From Anaerolineae bacterium (GTDB lineage: Bacteria; Chloroflexota; Anaerolineae; Epilineales; Epilineaceae), in contig JAJCYU010000105.1 of assembly GCA_029262755.1 (NCBI GenBank), positions 1 through 46,498 on the forward strand: 46,498 nt of DNA, given 5' to 3'. Under the pieces are notes generated by a model. That model made no database searches and had not been told where the DNA came from. It saw only the letters and a list, made by a program, of their open reading frames with translations. Every line of letters starts with the position of its first letter. The stretch's first letter is position 1. A program made the translations under genes and the position numbers. Below, one piece after another: positions 44,373-46,498 of this stretch.

Positions 44373-45812
44373 TCAGTCACCGCCGGCGGCCGCATAGGTA
44401 TCGGCGCCCAGCGGGTCGCCGAAGCCGGAGGGACGGCTGTTCGCGCGGAACCACGTGCGCAGCAGGGCGCCGACAGCCACGATCACGAACAGCAGATCGA
44501 CGAAGAAGCCGACTCCCCACGGTAGTTCGGCCGCGACGGCATAGAGCAGCGCGCCGACGCCCACGGCTAGCCACGCGCTCGGCGCGGTGTCGCCCCCGCT
44601 GCGGGAGAGCAGCATACGCCCGAGCCACAACGCGAAGGCGATGCGCGCCAACCAGCGCAGCACCGTGAAGCCGAAGAGCAACGAGGCGCCGGTCAGGGCC
44701 GACGCGGACGCGACGAGCCAGGCGAGCACACCGCCGAGTTGGAGCGCGCTGAGGAGCACGAACAAGAGGATCGTCACGGGGATCAGCAGGAAGAAGCCGA
44801 AGGCGGCCCCGGCGTGACCGAGGAAGCCCCACAGGCTGCTGCCCGCCGTCTCCGATCCGATGCGATCGGCCGTACCCGCGAGGAGTCGCGGCGCGCCCCA
44901 CAAGGCCAAGAAACCGACCACGAGCAGGGCGACGAAGCGCTTGAGCACGTCCAGTCCGTAGGTTAAGAACGGAGACTGCTTCGGCTTAGAAACGCCACCC
45001 ACGAGGGTCTCCCGGATCTGCGCCGTGACCTCACCCTGCACGCTCTCGGCCGGAATCGCGACGTCGACATCTTCCAGCTTGTCGTAGATGAGGTCGCCTT
45101 CGATCTCGGCGTCCTCGGAAATGACGAGTCCGGGCTTGAGGTTGCGTTCCAGCCGCGGCTGACCGGGGATGGCCATGGACGGTGGGCCGCCCTCGCCGCT
45201 GGTATCGACCTCAGCGTTCAGGTCCCCGGCGATGCGACCGGTCACCTCGAGCGCGCCGGAGGACACCCAAACGTTGTCGCCCATCTCGCCGTTGAGCAGT
45301 GCCTGGTAGCCGGCGATGCGGGCTTCCCCGTCCACGCCGGCACCCTCGTCGATCTCCACGCTAAAGCCTGCGGCCATCATCTCACCGCCGACACTGCCGC
45401 CGTTGGCGACCTCAACCTGATAGCCCGCGCCGCGCAGGTCGCCGCTGACCTCGCCCTCGACGTGAACCTCCGAGCCGGCGGCCCACAGGTCTCCCTCGAT
45501 ACGGCCGTCCGATCCAATGGTGATGATGGAGCCGGCGCTCACCAGATCGCCGGTGACGGTGCCGTCGATGCGAACCGAGTTGGCGAAGGCGTATAGGTTG
45601 CCGTCCACCGTTTCGCCGGCCGCGAGCACGTACGTCTCGCCGTCGGCGATCGTGGCCGCGGCCACGACGGGTGTGACGACGAATGCGAGGACGAGGGCGA
45701 GGAAGAGCGCACGTCGGCGCGGTCCGGCGCGAAGGATGCGGGATAGTCGGGACGGCTGGGGTTCAGCCGTCGTGGGGATCGTGGGGCGACTGCGTTGGTT
45801 CGGGGCGTTCAT
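44373..45812 (-). CDS. Membrane protein with beta-helix (polymer-forming/bactofilin-like) repeats and C-terminal TM bundle
   Basis: AGGAGG RBS. Repeats V.I.G.V.GDL..AG, followed by about 5 TM helices. Confidence 0.8.
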   Translation of the reverse strand: MNAPNQRSRPTIPTTAEPQPSRLSRILRAGPRRRALFLALVLAFVVTPVVAAATIADGETYVLAAGETVDGNLYAFANSVRIDGTVTGDLVSAGSIITIGSDGRIEGDLWAAGSEVHVEGEVSGDLRGAGYQVEVANGGSVGGEMMAAGFSVEIDEGAGVDGEARIAGYQALLNGEMGDNVWVSSGALEVTGRIAGDLNAEVDTSGEGGPPSMAIPGQPRLERNLKPGLVISEDAEIEGDLIYDKLEDVDVAIPAESVQGEVTAQIRETLVGGVSKPKQSPFLTYGLDVLKRFVALLVVGFLALWGAPRLLAGTADRIGSETAGSSLWGFLGHAGAAFGFFLLIPVTILLFVLLSALQLGGVLAWLVASASALTGASLLFGFTVLRWLARIAFALWLGRMLLSRSGGDTAPSAWLAVGVGALLYAVAAELPWGVGFFVDLLFVIVAVGALLRTWFRANSRPSGFGDPLGADTYAAAGGD

Positions 45813-46132
45813 GGGCGGTTCCTCCTGCGGGAGCGTGCATTCGGACGCGTGCCGGGCACATCGTCCGAGTGCAACCTGTTTATTGTATCGGGTCCAGCCT
45901 GAGCAGCCTACGCCGGTCACCGAGGCTGGGTTGCGCTCAGCCCCGATGCGTGCTCGCCCCTGAACATCTTGGTTGGCGAAACTCGCGGCGCTGTGGTACC
46001 TTGGGCGCGGAGCCGCAGCTCCAACCCCCGCCAGTCCTGGACGTGCCGCATAGCCGGCCGTATTTAGGCCGGCCGACGAAAGTCCGCCGGTGGTCTTGTA
46101 CGTCCCTCGGCGGCGGGAACGGAGCGTCACCT

Positions 46133-46498
46133 ATGAAACGCCCTTGCCTTCTGCGCACGACATTGCTTGCCGTGCTCGGCTCTCTGGTCCTCGGTGCAGC
46201 GCGACCCGTTGTCGCCTCGCCGAGCGCCTCCCTCGATGCCGCCCGTTCCGGGCCCACCCGCCGCGCCTTGCTCGTCGAGAGCGAGTATGACGCGTTGCGC
46301 GTGGCCCACCATGCCGATCTTGCGCCGCGCGACGCGATCACCGTCGAGATGTGGATCAAACGCGATCCTGGTGCGCGCGCCGGAAGCTGCGGCATGTTGA
46401 TGAGCAAGGATCTCAGCGAGGGTTGGTGGCTCGCGGTCTGCGACGCCCGCCTGCGCTTCGGCGTCGGCCCGATCGCGTTCTCGGACGGAACCTCGGTG
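46133..46498 (+). CDS. Secreted LamG/concanavalin-A-like domain protein (partial, runs off window end)
   Basis: Manual translation MKRPCLLRTTLLAVLGSLVLG...LRVAHHADLAPRDAITVEMWIKR...LMSK...WWLAV..RLRF. GGAG RBS. Not in the ORF track. Confidence 0.75.
   Translation, partial: MKRPCLLRTTLLAVLGSLVLGAARPVVASPSASLDAARSGPTRRALLVESEYDALRVAHHADLAPRDAITVEMWIKRDPGARAGSCGMLMSKDLSEGWWLAVCDARLRFGVGPIAFSDGTSV

Overview
High-GC, gene-dense chromosomal window with no integrase, transposase, phage or cas genes. The gene families and 'LFLPL'-type secreted proteins suggest a Chloroflexota-like organism, but that is inference. About 38 CDS and one tRNA-Gln(UUG) are supported: partial dihydroorotase, a heterodimeric ABC exporter, an RpoD-family sigma factor, a P450, many lipoproteins and secreted proteins, a PLD-DedA/EEP pair, YcaQ, kynureninase and others. 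Two signals stand out. (1) An ECF-type promoter motif, GGGAACATC-N14-GTA (GGAAC-N17-GTA), occurs four times with identical spacing. It lies upstream of three paralogous lipoproteins of an unrecognised helical family and of a membrane-anchored protein carrying a nitrile-hydratase-leader (NHLP)-like domain. (2) A compact operon encodes a PrsW-type protease, an atypical MinD/ParA ATPase, a Zn-finger, a winged-helix protein and a cNMP-binding protein, followed by a SigW-like ECF sigma factor with no adjacent anti-sigma. Also noted: a pyrL-like attenuator ahead of pyrC, two tandem arrays (45 bp and 60 bp) built from gene 3' ends, and an unrecognised C-terminal domain shared by two further lipoproteins. 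All family calls come from motif recognition by eye; no database search was run.
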